A stretch of DNA of 64,000 bases. Origin: Malacoraja senta (taxonomy: Eukaryota). Shown one piece after another: positions 62,440-64,000 of the stretch; within the stretch, counting starts at the first letter, position 1, and each line of letters opens with the position of its first letter. The notes below the pieces were generated by a model. That model was not told the DNA's origin and made no database searches. It was given only the letters and a program-made list of their open reading frames with translations. The DNA lies in NCBI GenBank assembly GCA_038087875.1, contig JAXLNO010003343.1, positions 1 to 64,000 of the forward strand. Direction: 5' to 3'. The position numbers and the translations under genes are program-made.

Positions 62440-62725
62440 TTAGTTTAGAGATACAGTGTGGAAACAGGCCCTTCAGCACGAGTCGGCACAGATCCCCGCA
62501 CATTAACACTATCCTACACACGAAGGACAATTTACATTTATATCAAGCCTATTAACCTACAAACCTGTACGTCTTTGGAGTGTGGGAGGAAACCGAAGAT
62601 CTTGGCGAAAACCCACTGGTCATGGGGAGAATGTACAAACTCCGTACAGACAGCAGCCATAGTCAGGATCGGACCTGGGGCTCTGACACTTTAAGGCAGC
62701 AACTCTACCGCTGCCCCACCGTGCC
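62440..62725 (-). mobile_element. V-SINE; other minus copies at ~52741-52930, ~58890-59065, ~60700-60915 and ~61560-61730
   Basis: (TTTAG)n GAGATACAG...GGAAACAGGCCC tail and V-domain complement. Confidence 0.85.
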
Positions 62726-63579
62726 GTGACTGAAGTCTGAAGAAGGGTTTCGGCCCGAAACTTTGCCTATTTCCTTCGCTCCATAGATGCTGCTGCACCC
62801 GCTGAGTTTCTCCAGTATTTTTGTGTACCTTTGATTTTTCCAGCATCTGCAGTTCCTTCTTAAACACTGTTCCAATGCTATATCTCTATATCATTTTGAG
62901 CTGCAATATACAGTAAGTTGTCCAAATCGGATTGCATCATGCCAGTACATCAAGAGCAGACTCTAAAAATATCAATGTAACATTTAACTTCTGCTTTGAT
63001 ATGACCTCCTGGTGACTTGTTCACCACATCTCCCTTTGTCAGGGAGTTCCCCTATCGTCTCACTGGAGAGGCCCCACATTCACACTTACTCAAATACCAC
63101 ACATTTCCTGCTAGACTAGTTTTTCAACTGTTTACTCTCACAGTCTGCCCTGTGAACATGCAGAAATTAACATCACAAAAAATCAGGATTGAACAACTCA
63201 TTATCAACCTTAGACACAGAGTGCTAAAGTAACTCAGCGAGACCGGCAGCATCTCTGGAGAAAAAGGCTGGATGACACTTCGTGTCGGGACCCTACTTCA
63301 GTCTCAAGCAGGGTTAGTCTGAAGAAGGGTCCCAACCCGATACATCAGTCTGAAGAAGGATCCCAACCTGAAGCTTCACCCAGCATCACCCATCCTTTAT
63401 CTACAGAGATGCTGTAGAACACATCTGACCCGTTGAGTTACTCCAGCACTTTGTGACTCTCTTTGGTACAAACAAGCATCTGCAGTTCATTGTTTCTACA
63501 TCATTATCTATCTCTTTGAGAAAGCGTTCCCATAGAATTTGCATCCTAACAAAATAAGATCACACAAAGTTACCAATAA

Positions 63580-63905
63580 GGGCGGCACAGTGGCACAGTG
63601 GTAGAGTTGCTGCCTTACAGTGTTTGCAGTGCCAGAGACCTGGTTTCAATCCTGACTATGGGTGCTGTCTGTACGGAGTTAGTACGTTATCCCCGTGACC
63701 TGCGTGGATTTTCGCTGAGATCTTCGATTTCCTCCCACACTCCAAAGACGTGCAGGAATGTAGGTTAATTGGATTGATGCATGTGTCAAATTGTCCCTCG
63801 TGTGCATAGGATAGTGTTGGTGTGCGGGTTAGTCTCTGGTCGGTGCAGACTCGGTGGGCCGAAAGGCCTGTTTCCGCGCTGTGTATCTAAATTAAAAAAC
63901 TAAAG
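63580..63905 (+). mobile_element. V-SINE, near full length
   Basis: GGGCGGCACAGTGGCACAGTGGTAGAG head, V-domain, GGGCCGAAAGGCCTGTTTCC tail. Confidence 0.88.
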
Positions 63906-64000
63906 AACCTATTTTACATATCTCACTTTCTTTGGTTCACGCAGTGTTCTCTCTGGTGTAGACTGCTTGAGCCATTTTCAGTGCTTATTCTGGCTAATAG

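Noticed and set aside
62058-64000. Search for the class I leader exon
   Set aside because: Candidate donors at ~62420, ~63085 and ~63925 have no upstream signal-peptide ORF; the leader is probably beyond the right edge.

Overview
Repeat-dense vertebrate genomic DNA from a cartilaginous fish, probably a skate or ray (inferred from V-SINE/HE1-type SINEs, HER1-type CR1 tails and shark-type gene fragments). There are five N-gaps. Host-gene content is on the minus strand: three intact exons of an MHC class I-like gene (alpha1 61797-62057, alpha3 38849-39115, TM 36057-36164) with no alpha2 exon found between them; exon 1 of a GPR139/GPR142-like GPCR (191-266); and a CpG/ETS promoter-like segment with a splice donor (~7900). 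The rest is mobile DNA. It includes a full-length DIRS1-type tyrosine-recombinase retrotransposon with ITRs, ICR and an ATT integration core, an ERV env tail with PPT and 3' LTR, and a solo LTR. There are several L1 lineages plus CR1, Rex1, RTE and Penelope remnants, the last with hammerhead-like cores. DNA elements include a Buster-type hAT holding a nested hAT MITE that carries a higher-order satellite, and a PIF/Harbinger-type MITE. An ~850-bp GC-rich non-autonomous retroposon family shows covarying hairpins. Most long ORFs in the track are tandem-repeat artefacts. No database searches were run; family names come from motif recognition.
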